64,000 nt of DNA from Deltaproteobacteria bacterium. Its GTDB lineage: Bacteria > Myxococcota_A > Polyangia > Polyangiales > Houyiibacteriaceae. The stretch lies in assembly GCA_017644045.1 (NCBI GenBank), contig JAEPMI010000004.1, positions 142,014-206,013 of the forward strand, given 5' to 3'. The number at the start of each line of letters is the position of its first letter. Position 1 is the stretch's first letter. Shown in pieces: positions 8,863-17,914 of this stretch. The translations under genes and the position numbers were made by a program. Under the pieces are notes generated by a model. It ran no database searches, was not told the DNA's origin, and saw only the letters and a program-made list of their open reading frames with translations.

Positions 8863-11169
8863 ATGCCTGCACGATTCCGCCCGTTCCTCCTGCTCGCGCT
8901 CTCCGTCTCGCTCGCCTGCGGGGACGATGACGACATCGACCCGATGGATGCGGCGGTCGACATGCCGGCGCCGCCGGTGGACATGGGGCCGCCCCCCGAT
9001 CCGCGCCCAGCGGTCGCGCCCTACGTGGACTACGTGGACCCGTTGATCGGGAGCGGCGGCCTCGGCTTCGGGGTCGGGTCGTCCTCGGTCGCGCCGCAGA
9101 CGCCGTTCGGCATGGCGCGCCCGGGTCCGGACACCGCCGGCGAGAGCGGCGCGCTCAGCTTCGCCCACTGCAGCGGGTACTACTACACGACCGACACCTA
9201 CATCTGGGGGTTCAGCCAGATCCGTCCGCACGGCATGGGCGTGCCCGACTACGGCAACGTGGCGCTGATGCCCACGGACGGGATGACCGCCGAGAAGACC
9301 GATCAGGTCGGCTACCGGATGGGCTTCTCGCACGACAACGAGACCGTCCAGGTCGGCTACTACTCGATCACGCTCGACGACGGAATCCGCGCCGAGCTGA
9401 CCGCGAGCGACCGTGTCGCCCACCACCGCTACACCTTCCCCGCCTCGGTGAGCGACCCGACGGTCATCGTCGATGTCGGGCACGTCTTGGCGACCCCGAA
9501 CGTCGAGGTCGCCGAGGGCGACGTGAGCATCGACCCGGACGCACGGGAGGTCCGGGGCATGGGCCGCATCGACGGCGCGTACTCGAACCGCTTCGGCGGC
9601 GTGGGCATCTACTTCGTCGCGCGTTTCGACCAGCCCTTCGAGAGCCACGGGACCTTCGTGGACGGCGCGCTCACTGCCGACGGCACCAGCGTCGAGGGCA
9701 CGACCGCGGGCGCCTACCTCGGCTTCGACGCCGAGACGGTGAACGTGAAGGTCGGCATCAGCTTCGTGGACGAAGCGCACGCGGCGATGAACCTCGACGC
9801 CGAAGACGACACCTTCGAGGCCACCCGCGAAGCCACCGTCGCGCAGTGGGAGGAGCTCCTCTCACGCATCGAGGTCACCGGTCGCTACGAGGACGACTTC
9901 ACCCTCTTCTACACGGCGCTCTACCACGTGCTCCTGATGCCCACGCTGGCCAGCGACGTCGACGACGCGTACCGCGGCATCGACGGCGAGGTCCACGCCA
10001 CCGACGACGAGGGCGAGGCCTTCCGTTACAGCACCGACTTCTCGCTCTGGGACACGTTCCGCACCCAGACCCCGGCGCTGGCGCTCTTCTATCCGGAGCT
10101 GCTCGACGATCAGCTGAAGTCGCTCGTGCGGATGGCCCGCGACGGCGGCTACGCCCCGCGCTGGCCGCTGGGTCACGGCTACACCGGGGGCATGGTCGGC
10201 GACAGCGCCGACCTGGTGATCGCGGACGCGCTGGTGAAGGGCGGACTGCCGATGCCGGCCGAGGAGGCCTACGCCGCGCTCCGGCCGACCGCGTTCGGGC
10301 CGACCGCCGAAGGCTCGAGCTATGGCGGTCGCCGCGGTATCTCCGACTACATGGAGCTCGGCTACGTCCCGATGGACCGGCATGGCTCGTCGGCGTCGGA
10401 GACGCTCGAGTTCGCGTACGACGACTGGGGCTTGGCCCTCGTGGCCGACGCCGCGGGCGAGAGCGCCGACGCCGAGGCGCTCCGTGAGCGCGCGGGCAAC
10501 TGGCGCAACCTGTGGGACCCCGCGACCGAGTTCCTCATCGGGCGCAACGCCGACGGCTCGTTCCCCGCAGAGCTCGACGAGCTCACCTGGGAAGGCTTCT
10601 ACGCCGAAGGCAACGCGCGCCAATACCTCTGGTACGTGCCGCACCAGCTCGACGAGCTGGTCGACCAGATGGGTGGCTGGACCGTGGCCAAGGGGCGCCT
10701 CGATGCGTTCATGACCGGCGCGACGCGACGCACGAGCACGCTCTACCCGCCGAACGACTACTGGCACGGCAACGAGCCCGACATTCACGCGCCGTGGATC
10801 TACTCGTACATGGACGAGCCCTCGGAGACCGCGCGCTGGACCCGCTGGGTCGCGCGCACCCTCTACGGCACCGGCCCCGACGGACTCCCCGGCAACGACG
10901 ACTCCGGCACCCTGAGCGCGTGGCTCGTCTTCTCGATGCTGGGCATCTACCCGATCACCGGCTGGGACCACTACCTGCTCTCGGCGCCCTTCTTCACGGA
11001 GGCGACCGTTCATCTCCCGGACGGTGACCTCCACATCGAGGCACCGGAGAGCTCGGACGGGGCGCTCACGGTCGACGAGCTCCGCTGGAACGGCGAGCCA
11101 CTCGAGCAGGCGCGGATCCCCCACGCCGACCTCGCCGCCGGCGGCACCTTCTCCGCCGACCTCCACTGA
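8863..11169 (+). CDS. glycoside hydrolase family 92 (alpha-mannosidase-like) lipoprotein
   Basis: 768 aa. Lipobox LSVSLAC. GH92-type blocks HWHGNEPDIHAPWIYSY and GLPGNDDSGTLSAWLVFSMLGIYP. Confidence 0.9.
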   Translation: MPARFRPFLLLALSVSLACGDDDDIDPMDAAVDMPAPPVDMGPPPDPRPAVAPYVDYVDPLIGSGGLGFGVGSSSVAPQTPFGMARPGPDTAGESGALSFAHCSGYYYTTDTYIWGFSQIRPHGMGVPDYGNVALMPTDGMTAEKTDQVGYRMGFSHDNETVQVGYYSITLDDGIRAELTASDRVAHHRYTFPASVSDPTVIVDVGHVLATPNVEVAEGDVSIDPDAREVRGMGRIDGAYSNRFGGVGIYFVARFDQPFESHGTFVDGALTADGTSVEGTTAGAYLGFDAETVNVKVGISFVDEAHAAMNLDAEDDTFEATREATVAQWEELLSRIEVTGRYEDDFTLFYTALYHVLLMPTLASDVDDAYRGIDGEVHATDDEGEAFRYSTDFSLWDTFRTQTPALALFYPELLDDQLKSLVRMARDGGYAPRWPLGHGYTGGMVGDSADLVIADALVKGGLPMPAEEAYAALRPTAFGPTAEGSSYGGRRGISDYMELGYVPMDRHGSSASETLEFAYDDWGLALVADAAGESADAEALRERAGNWRNLWDPATEFLIGRNADGSFPAELDELTWEGFYAEGNARQYLWYVPHQLDELVDQMGGWTVAKGRLDAFMTGATRRTSTLYPPNDYWHGNEPDIHAPWIYSYMDEPSETARWTRWVARTLYGTGPDGLPGNDDSGTLSAWLVFSMLGIYPITGWDHYLLSAPFFTEATVHLPDGDLHIEAPESSDGALTVDELRWNGEPLEQARIPHADLAAGGTFSADLH

Positions 11170-11178
11170 ACGCCGTCT

Positions 11179-12123
11179 TCAGAGCGGGAGGACGTGCTGG
11201 GCGTCCAGCCGGTACAGGCTGGTGACGAAGTCGTCTTCGTAGGCCTCGCTCGCTTCGAAGTGGCCGTAGACCTGGACGCCGTGGTTCTCGAGGTTGCGGA
11301 CGCGCTCGGCCATGCGCTCGGGGACACGGACGACGATGGCCTCGTTGATCTCCGGCGGGGCGCCGAAGCAGCAGCTCCAGAGCGACTGGACCAAGAGGTA
11401 CTGGTTCTCTTCGAGCGCGATGAGGTAGCCCCACGCCTTGGCGTTCTTGCCGTCGAGCGCGTTGATCGGACCCGGGAGGTTCATGCCCTCTTCGTAGGGG
11501 AAGCCCTTGAGCAGCGGCCACGCGGCGTCAGCCCACTCACCTTCGGGCTCCTCCATGGTCGCGCCCTCGACCTGGCCGCCGAGGGTCGTGATCAGCGTGC
11601 GCGCCATCATGCGCGCCTGACCGGCGATGGCCTGCTCCTGGAGTGAGCTGAGGCCGCGGTTGCCGTCGGCCTCGGCCGCGCGCGCGACGATGGTGCCGAT
11701 GGCGCCCATGGCCTCCTCGCGACGGCTCTCGGGATCACCGATGCCGGCCTCTTCCAAGACCGCGGCCATCTCGCCAGAGATCTGCTCCTCCTCGACCATC
11801 TCGTCCGAGGCAGCCGTGCGGATCACGCCTTCGAGAATGGTCGCGAGCTTGCCCTGAGTGGAGTCGTCCTCGTCTCCGCGCTCGGCGCTGAAGGTGGTCG
11901 GCTGCCGGAAGGCGCCGGTCATCTCGTCGGTGCACCAGAGCGGCGCGGTCATCAGCGCACCGAGGCCCACGAAGAGCGCGCCGCGCATGACCTTGTCGAA
12001 GGCGCTCCGCTTCACCTTCGGCGCCTCTGCCGCCGGCTCGCTGGCCTTCACGGCCTCGGGCGCTTCCGGCTCGGGCGCGTCCGCCTTCTTCTTCTTCGAC
12101 TTCTTCTTCTTGTCGTCGGCCAT
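11179..12123 (-). CDS. DUF3299-like protein, partner of the ABC transporter
   Basis: Internal Met MADDKKKKSKKKK of ORF 11179..12798 (cat 12121-12123, in frame). One TM segment. C-terminal block GKNAKAWGYLIALEENQYLLVQSLWSCCFGAPPEINEAIVVRVP resembles DUF3299 as I recall it. Lies 2 nt after the permease stop. Confidence 0.7.
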   Translation of the reverse strand: MADDKKKKSKKKKADAPEPEAPEAVKASEPAAEAPKVKRSAFDKVMRGALFVGLGALMTAPLWCTDEMTGAFRQPTTFSAERGDEDDSTQGKLATILEGVIRTAASDEMVEEEQISGEMAAVLEEAGIGDPESRREEAMGAIGTIVARAAEADGNRGLSSLQEQAIAGQARMMARTLITTLGGQVEGATMEEPEGEWADAAWPLLKGFPYEEGMNLPGPINALDGKNAKAWGYLIALEENQYLLVQSLWSCCFGAPPEINEAIVVRVPERMAERVRNLENHGVQVYGHFEASEAYEDDFVTSLYRLDAQHVLPL

Positions 12124-12125
12124 GG

Positions 12126-13712
12126 TCAGCTCGTCGGTCGCAGGTTCTCGGCGACGTCGGTCGCGTAAGCCTTCCACGCGGGCCACAAGCCGGCCAGCGC
12201 CCCCGCGAGGACCACCAGGAGCACCACCAGCCCTTCGGTCGGCACCACGTCGAGTGCATTCGGCCGGAAACCGGCGGCGGACTCCACCCGGCCGGCGGCC
12301 AGGGCCACCAGGGCGTGGCCCATCAACACGCCGAGCCCCGCGCCGATGGCCGTGATGAGGGCGGCCTCGATGACCACGGACCCCAGCACCCACCGTCGCG
12401 GGGCGCCGATGGCGCGGAGGATCGCGACCTCGCGCCGACGCTCGTTCATCGAGTTGTAGAGGGCGATGAGCACCGAGAGGAGCCCGACGACGATGACCAG
12501 GATCGACACCAGGAGGAAGAGCACGTCCACGCTCCCGACGATGTCGAAGAGGTGGCCGATCTCCTCGTGCACGTCCGCGACCTGGATCTCCGGCCGCCGG
12601 TTCAACCGCGAGAGCAGCATCACCTTGTGCACGCCCGGTCGTGGGAACACGAGCACCGCGCTCAACCCCGGCTCGGTGGTCCCCGGAAGGAGCGCGCCGC
12701 CGCGGTGGTCCTCGATGGAGAAGAAGCTGTCGAGCGGGATCAGCACGAGTCGGTCCACCGGTGTGTCGGTGGGCTTCAGGATCCCGACCACTTCCCACAG
12801 GTGCTCGTGGTCGTGCGCGCGCCCGCCCTCGACCCCGTGGGTCGGCTCGATGCGATCACCGACGCGCACCCCGAGCGTGCGCGCGACCTCCGCCCCGACC
12901 ACCGCCTCGTAGTGCGTCTCGTGCTCGTGGTGCTCGTCCTCGTCGTCGACGTGCTCGTCCTCGTCGTGGTCGTGCTCGTCCTCGTCCTCGTCGAGCTCGT
13001 CCTCGTCGTCGTGATGCTCGTCCTCGTCGCCGTCGAGCTCGTCCTCGTCGTCGTGGTGCTCGTCCTCGTCGTCGTGGTGCTCGGCCTCGTCGTCGTGGTG
13101 CGCGGCCGACTCCGACCCCGACTCAAACTCCGACTCCGGCCCAAACTCCTCTTCCTCTGCGCCCTCTGTGGCTCCGTGACTCTGTGCGAGGCCCGGCCCC
13201 CCGCCAGATGCAGACGCCGCGGCCGACGCCGACTCCAGCTCCGCCCCGAGCTCGCGCAGCACGTCCTCGAGCCGCTCCCGATCGAAACGAAACGGCCGCC
13301 CCTCCGCGAGCTTCTCGGCCCCCTCGCCTTCCGGATGCGGCGAGCGCCCGGCGAAGAACGCGTCCGTCGTCGCGACCACCCGGAACCCGCGGAACGAATC
13401 ACCGACCGCGTAGGGCACCGCGAGCGCGACCGAGTCGTCCTCCTCGAGCTCCCACCACACGCGCATGGGCATCAGGCCAGGCGCGTCGTCGACGTGATAG
13501 ACGGCGTTGAGCACCAGCTGCAGCGCCGAGCCGGGCGCGCCGACGACGATCTGGTAGCCCCGACCGGGCGCGTCGTAGTGCCGGTCGAGCGCCCCCTGCA
13601 GGATTAGGATGGCGGTGACCAACATCGTCCCGAGCGCCACGCTCAGCGCCGTGAGCGTCGAGCTCAGCCCGCGCAGGCGCAGGTTGCGCAGCACCAAGCC
13701 GAAGAGACTCAC
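12126..13712 (-). CDS. ABC transporter permease, FtsX/MacB type, with a His/Asp/Glu-rich periplasmic insertion
   Basis: Part of ORF 12126..14393. GTG at 13712-13710 overlaps the ATPase stop (GTGA) and gives VSLFGLVLRNLRLRGLSSTLTALSV, a typical MacB/FtsX N-terminus. The C-terminal FtsX helices include RRREVAILRAIGA. Confidence 0.85.
   Translation of the reverse strand: MSLFGLVLRNLRLRGLSSTLTALSVALGTMLVTAILILQGALDRHYDAPGRGYQIVVGAPGSALQLVLNAVYHVDDAPGLMPMRVWWELEEDDSVALAVPYAVGDSFRGFRVVATTDAFFAGRSPHPEGEGAEKLAEGRPFRFDRERLEDVLRELGAELESASAAASASGGGPGLAQSHGATEGAEEEEFGPESEFESGSESAAHHDDEAEHHDDEDEHHDDEDELDGDEDEHHDDEDELDEDEDEHDHDEDEHVDDEDEHHEHETHYEAVVGAEVARTLGVRVGDRIEPTHGVEGGRAHDHEHLWEVVGILKPTDTPVDRLVLIPLDSFFSIEDHRGGALLPGTTEPGLSAVLVFPRPGVHKVMLLSRLNRRPEIQVADVHEEIGHLFDIVGSVDVLFLLVSILVIVVGLLSVLIALYNSMNERRREVAILRAIGAPRRWVLGSVVIEAALITAIGAGLGVLMGHALVALAAGRVESAAGFRPNALDVVPTEGLVVLLVVLAGALAGLWPAWKAYATDVAENLRPTS
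12910..13103 (-). repeat. imperfect tandem GAC/GAG/CAC codon repeats encoding a His/Asp/Glu-rich tract inside the permease gene
   Basis: The plus strand shows reiterated gtgctcgtcctcgtcgtc(gtg) units. They encode HHDDEAEHHDDEDEHHDDEDELDGDEDEHHDDEDELDEDEDEHDHDEDEHVDDEDEHHEHETH. Confidence 0.85.
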
Positions 13713-14377
13713 GAGTCCACCTCCAGCGGCCCGTCGTCCAGGTCGAGCACCCGCTCGAAGCGGTCGCGCACCCTCGGCTCGTGGGTCACCAGCAGGAGCG
13801 TCGCGCCGGCTTCGGCCACCACCTCGTCGAGCAGGTCGAGCACCTCGGCCGAGCGGCGCTCGTCCAGGCTCGCCGTCGGCTCGTCCGCGAGCACCACCGC
13901 CGGCTTCGTCACCAACGCGCGCGCGATGCCCACCCGCTGCTGCTCGCCCACCGAGAGCGTCCCGGGCCGCGCGTCGAGCCGGTGCCCGAGCTCGACCCGC
14001 TTCAGGATCGCCTCGGCCTTCGACCGCGCGTCGGCGCGCCCCAGCCCCGCGAGGCTCGCGGCCAGCGCCACGTTCTCCATCGCACTCAGCCCCTGGAGGA
14101 GCTGCGCGGTCTGGAAGACGTAGCCGATCTTCTCGGCCCGGAAACGATCGCGAGCCGCCTCCTTCAGAGCGAAGAGGTCGGTCTCGCCGTGCCGGACCCG
14201 GCCCTGGGTCGGGCTCACGATCCCGGCGAGGACATGCAGCAGAGTGGTCTTCCCGCTCCCCGATCCACCGACCACGCATGCGCGCTCGCCCGCCGCCAGA
14301 TGGAGACTGCCCAGCGCGAGTGTCTCCGACCCGGCCTGGCGGCCGAAGGCGACCTCGAGATCGTCCGCGCGGATCAC
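13709..14377 (-). CDS. ABC transporter ATP-binding protein (LolD/MacB-like)
   Basis: Walker A GGSGSGKT, signature LSVGEQQR, Walker B VVLADEPT. GTG start. Confidence 0.92.
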   Translation of the reverse strand: MIRADDLEVAFGRQAGSETLALGSLHLAAGERACVVGGSGSGKTTLLHVLAGIVSPTQGRVRHGETDLFALKEAARDRFRAEKIGYVFQTAQLLQGLSAMENVALAASLAGLGRADARSKAEAILKRVELGHRLDARPGTLSVGEQQRVGIARALVTKPAVVLADEPTASLDERRSAEVLDLLDEVVAEAGATLLLVTHEPRVRDRFERVLDLDDGPLEVDS

Positions 14378-14460
14378 GCCCTCGGCGTGGCACGGTCGGC
14401 GGCTCCGATCAACGGGCGACCGCGATTGACGTTGGCCAGCCGGGACGGCAGAACGTCGCC

Positions 14461-15261
14461 ATGACCATGGACGCCATCGCCCTCCTGAAGCTCTCGCTGG
14501 ACCAGCTCGGGAGCGCTCTCCGCCTCGAGGACGAGACCGACGACACCACGATCTTCCGGGCGATGGGCCGTTCCCTCGAGGCCCGCGCCCTCGACGACTG
14601 CACCACGTTGAACCTGGCGTTCCGCTTCGACACCCCGGAATCCACCCTCGGCTCGGTGCTGCGCCGCGACCTGGGCGAGCTCATCGAGGCCCACGACGAC
14701 GAGCGCGGCGTCTTCGTCTATCCGAGCGTCGCGCACCTCCAGGCGACCGACTACGAGGGCGCCCTCGAGGAGCTCGGCGAAGGCGGCATGTGGGTCGCGA
14801 TTCCGGAGGCCGAGGACGCCCGCGTCGGAGCGGGCGACGCGCTCGGTGTCTTCCAGGGACTGGCGGGGGGTCTCGGCCCCGATCTGATGGGTCAGGTCCA
14901 GCAGATGGTCGGCAACATGCCCAAGGGCGACGACGGCCAGCCCCAGCTCCCCGCCGGCCTCGCGGAGTTCGCCAAGGGATTTCTCGAGAACCCGGAGATG
15001 CGCGGGATGATCGAGGGAATGGCGCAACAGGTCCTCGGCGGTGGCGGGGTCCCCGACGACCTGCTCGGGAAGGCCCAGGAGGTCGCCGAGAAGGCCACCG
15101 CGGCCAACCCGGAGCTCGCCGCTCAGGCGCAGGCGATGGCCGGTGGCTCCGACGCGATCACCGAGCTCGCTCAGAAGCTGGGTCTCGGCGCGGTCGCCCC
15201 TCCTCCCGAGTCGGACGAAGAAGAAGAGGAAGCGGAAGAGGAAGAGGAAGCGGACGACTGA
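14461..15261 (+). CDS. hypothetical acidic protein
   Basis: Internal ATG (MTMDAIALLKLSLDQLG) of ORF 13609..15261, in frame, with high GC3. The upstream part of that ORF is antisense to the ABC ATPase. The C-terminus is poly-Glu (ESDEEEEEAEEEEEADD). Confidence 0.7.
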   Translation: MTMDAIALLKLSLDQLGSALRLEDETDDTTIFRAMGRSLEARALDDCTTLNLAFRFDTPESTLGSVLRRDLGELIEAHDDERGVFVYPSVAHLQATDYEGALEELGEGGMWVAIPEAEDARVGAGDALGVFQGLAGGLGPDLMGQVQQMVGNMPKGDDGQPQLPAGLAEFAKGFLENPEMRGMIEGMAQQVLGGGGVPDDLLGKAQEVAEKATAANPELAAQAQAMAGGSDAITELAQKLGLGAVAPPPESDEEEEEAEEEEEADD

Positions 15262-15265
15262 CGCG

Positions 15266-15886
15266 TCAGTCCTTCGGGGCCTGACGAACCGCGGTGAGCG
15301 TGAGCGTCGGGAGCCGGAGCCCGGCCGACGACGCGATGAAGCCCATCACCGCCGAGGGGTGCACCAGGACCACTTCTCGCAGCTTCGGGCAATGACCGAG
15401 CTCTCGGACCACGACGTCGGTCAGTCCGGGTGGCGGCGTCTCGCCGGGGTTGAGGAGCAGTACGGCGCGATTGCCGTCGCTCACCCGGAGCTTCAGGGAC
15501 GCCGCGCCGAACGCCTGCACCAGCGAGCGCTCGCGCAGGTCGAGGATCGTCGCGCTGCCGTGCGGCGGCGTGAGCGTGTCGTTTCGCCGCTCGTCGACCT
15601 TGGAGAGGTCGCGTTCGCCGCGGACCTTGCAGCGCGGAATGCGGAGCCCGAGCGATGACGCGAGGAAGCCGATGGTCGCGCCCGGATGGACCAGCACGAG
15701 CTCTCGCATCGCTTCGACCTGTTCCGCGCCAGCCGCGATCACTTCCGCGAGCGACGCGCTCACCCGCACGTCCGCGGGAAAGACGAGCGCCACGCTCTCC
15801 GGTCTGGAGGCGGCGACCCGCTTCAGCCCATCCATGATGGACTGCTCCACCTTGGATGCGTCGACCTCGACCACCACCGAGCTCAC
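15266..15886 (-). CDS. hypothetical protein with a tandem internal duplication (weakly STAS-like)
   Basis: C-terminal 206 aa of ORF 15266..16606. GTG 15886-15884 overlaps the upstream stop (GTGA). Two ~95-aa halves share LVLVHPGATIGFLASSLGLRIP / VVLVHPSAVMGFIASSAGLRLP. Confidence 0.65.
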   Translation of the reverse strand: MSSVVVEVDASKVEQSIMDGLKRVAASRPESVALVFPADVRVSASLAEVIAAGAEQVEAMRELVLVHPGATIGFLASSLGLRIPRCKVRGERDLSKVDERRNDTLTPPHGSATILDLRERSLVQAFGAASLKLRVSDGNRAVLLLNPGETPPPGLTDVVVRELGHCPKLREVVLVHPSAVMGFIASSAGLRLPTLTLTAVRQAPKD

Positions 15887-16980
15887 GACGCTGCCCTCGC
15901 ATGACGAGCGAGATCGCCCAAGGCGCGCGCCAGCTCGGCCAGGTCTCCGGCCGTCGTCGTCGAACCGGAAGAGACCCGCACCGTGCCGGTGCGCTCCGTC
16001 CCCAGCACCCGATGAGCACTCGGCGCACAATGGAGCCCCGCTCGGACGGTCACGTCGAAGACCCGGTCCAGCATCTCCTCCACGGCGCGCGGCTCCTGGC
16101 CGGCGACCGTGAAGCTGACGACCGGGAGCGCCGGCGCGTCGGCCGAGCGACCGAGCACACGCAGACCCGCGGCGTGCACGACCTCCTCGAGCGCGCCACT
16201 GGCCGCCTCGACATCCCACGACACGCCCACGCGTGCCGCCGCACCGAGCGCGAGGATTCCCGGCAGGTTGGGGGTCCCGGCCTCGAGTCGCTCGGGGAGC
16301 ACCTCCGGCATCTCGTCGGCGGCCGCGTCGAAGCCCACGCCGCCACGCACCAGCGGCTCGAGCTCGACGCCAGGTCCGACCCCCAGCACGCCGGTGCCAG
16401 GGAGCGCGCGCAGATGCTTGTGCGCGGAGAACGCGACCAGGTCGGCGCCCAGGTCGAGCGACCACACGCCAGCGGTGGGGGCGGCGTCGAGCACCACCCG
16501 CGCCCCCAGCGCTTTCGCCAACGCGCAGAGCGCTTCGACCGGCTGGCCGACCCCGGTCACGTTCGACGAGTGACCCACGACCACCAGCCCGGTGTCGTCG
16601 ACCCACTCCGCGCGGGCCCGGTCGAGATCGATCACTCCGTCGGCATCATGCGGGAGGGTCCACGTGGGCACGCCCAGCGCGCGCGCCGGTCGGCGAGCGG
16701 CGTTGTGGAGCATCGGTCCCAACGCCACCACGCGAGGGCGGGGGCGGAGGCCGGCGATGGCCTGATTGAGCGCGGCGGTCGCTCCCGCGTGGAAGGTCAC
16801 CGTCATGGCCGGAAGGAGCGCGCCGACCGCACGACGGGCACGGTCGACCTCGTCGGCGGCCGCTCGCTGGAGGCGATGGAGACCCCGACCGGGGTTGCCC
16901 AACTCGGCGCCACGAAGCGCACCCTCCAACGCGACGGGCGCACGCGGCAGCGAGGTGGCCGCGTGATCGAAGTAGCTCAC
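15883..16980 (-). CDS. aminotransferase class V-fold PLP enzyme (cysteine desulfurase / selenocysteine lyase-like)
   Basis: 365 aa. GHSSNVTG and the PLP-lysine context FSAHKHL. GTG start overlaps the upstream stop (GTGA at 16977-16980). Confidence 0.85.
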   Translation of the reverse strand: MSYFDHAATSLPRAPVALEGALRGAELGNPGRGLHRLQRAAADEVDRARRAVGALLPAMTVTFHAGATAALNQAIAGLRPRPRVVALGPMLHNAARRPARALGVPTWTLPHDADGVIDLDRARAEWVDDTGLVVVGHSSNVTGVGQPVEALCALAKALGARVVLDAAPTAGVWSLDLGADLVAFSAHKHLRALPGTGVLGVGPGVELEPLVRGGVGFDAAADEMPEVLPERLEAGTPNLPGILALGAAARVGVSWDVEAASGALEEVVHAAGLRVLGRSADAPALPVVSFTVAGQEPRAVEEMLDRVFDVTVRAGLHCAPSAHRVLGTERTGTVRVSSGSTTTAGDLAELARALGDLARHARAAS

Positions 16981-17270
16981 GCGGCCAACTCCCGCGCCAC
17001 GGCGAGCGCCGTCTCCTCGGCGCGATCCCGGTGAGCCAATCGCATGGTGAAACGGACCCGTCGCTCGCCGACGATCCCGGTGAGCAGGAAGAACCCCGGC
17101 CGGTCGTAGCGTGCGAAGGGCTTCGGCAGCGAGTCGAGGACCATCAACGTGCCCGAGCCATCGAGTCGCTCGAGCGCGTCCCGCCGAAGGCCATCGGCGA
17201 GCTCGATTTCGACGACCCGCTCGCCACCGAGACAGTCGCGCATCAGTACGACTTCGGGGTCGGGGCTCAT
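16977..17270 (-). CDS. small hypothetical protein (97 aa)
   Basis: Internal Met MSPDPEVVLMRD of ORF 16977..17657. Its ATG overlaps the upstream stop (ATGA at 17267-17270). GC3-rich. Confidence 0.6.
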   Translation of the reverse strand: MSPDPEVVLMRDCLGGERVVEIELADGLRRDALERLDGSGTLMVLDSLPKPFARYDRPGFFLLTGIVGERRVRFTMRLAHRDRAEETALAVARELAA

Positions 17271-17914
17271 TGTCGCCTGGCGACGAACTCGCAGCGGTCG
17301 GCGCCCGCAGCGCGGCAAACGATCTCTTCGGCGGCGAAACCGGCGTCGTTGCCGAAGAGCTCGGCGTAGTACGTCGGGTTCAGCGCCGGGCGGTTCGTGA
17401 TGTCGCCGTGGTAGAGCAGATTCATGAGCCCGGCGACGCCGCCGGTGGCGAGGAAGCACACGCCGCCGAGCTCGGACTCGCCGTGCTCGGCCAGGTAGCC
17501 CGTCGACTCGTAGCTGTCGGCGACCGCGATGCGCATCTCGTCCTGGGAGAGGTCCTCGACGCTCCATCGCCCCCAGCCGAGCGCGTTGACCACCGCGACG
17601 ATCCCGTACATCCAGTCGGCGCGTTCCTCGATCATCGGCGCGACGACCGCCTCCCACTCCTGCGAGAGCATGATGCCGCCGAAGGTGTTGAACGCGCAGA
17701 TGTGGCCGGCTTCGACCAGCGCCGCTCGCGCCTTCGCGAGCGACGCATCGCCTTCATCTCGCGCGTGGTGCAGGTACGCGTAGGAGACGGCGTTGTAGTA
17801 GGGCGCGTAGTGCCGCGTGAGGTAGAGGCCGAAGGCGGGGATGAGCCCCTCTTCGTTGCCGGCGAGCGGAAGCCCCGCGACCGCCTCGGTGACCGCCCTG
17901 CCGTCGACGCTCAT
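17267..17914 (-). CDS. V4R (4-vinyl reductase-type) domain protein
   Basis: C-terminal 215 aa of ORF 17267..18571, starting MSVDGRAV. The ATG overlaps the upstream stop (ATGA at 17911-17914). C-terminal V4R-like block GGVCFLATGGVAGLMN...CRAAGADRCEFV. Confidence 0.7.
   Translation of the reverse strand: MSVDGRAVTEAVAGLPLAGNEEGLIPAFGLYLTRHYAPYYNAVSYAYLHHARDEGDASLAKARAALVEAGHICAFNTFGGIMLSQEWEAVVAPMIEERADWMYGIVAVVNALGWGRWSVEDLSQDEMRIAVADSYESTGYLAEHGESELGGVCFLATGGVAGLMNLLYHGDITNRPALNPTYYAELFGNDAGFAAEEIVCRAAGADRCEFVARRQ

Noticed and set aside
12900-13110. Highly repetitive stretch checked as a possible CRISPR array or minisatellite outside genes.
   Set aside because: The repeats are short (about 18-21 nt), contiguous without spacers, in frame, and encode the His/Asp/Glu tract of the permease. 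This is not a CRISPR architecture.
14378-14460. Search for a Zur/Fur-type box upstream of the His-rich ABC operon.
   Set aside because: No AT-rich palindrome is present. Only a weak TCAACG...CGTTGG pairing is visible, so metal-dependent regulation cannot be claimed from the sequence.
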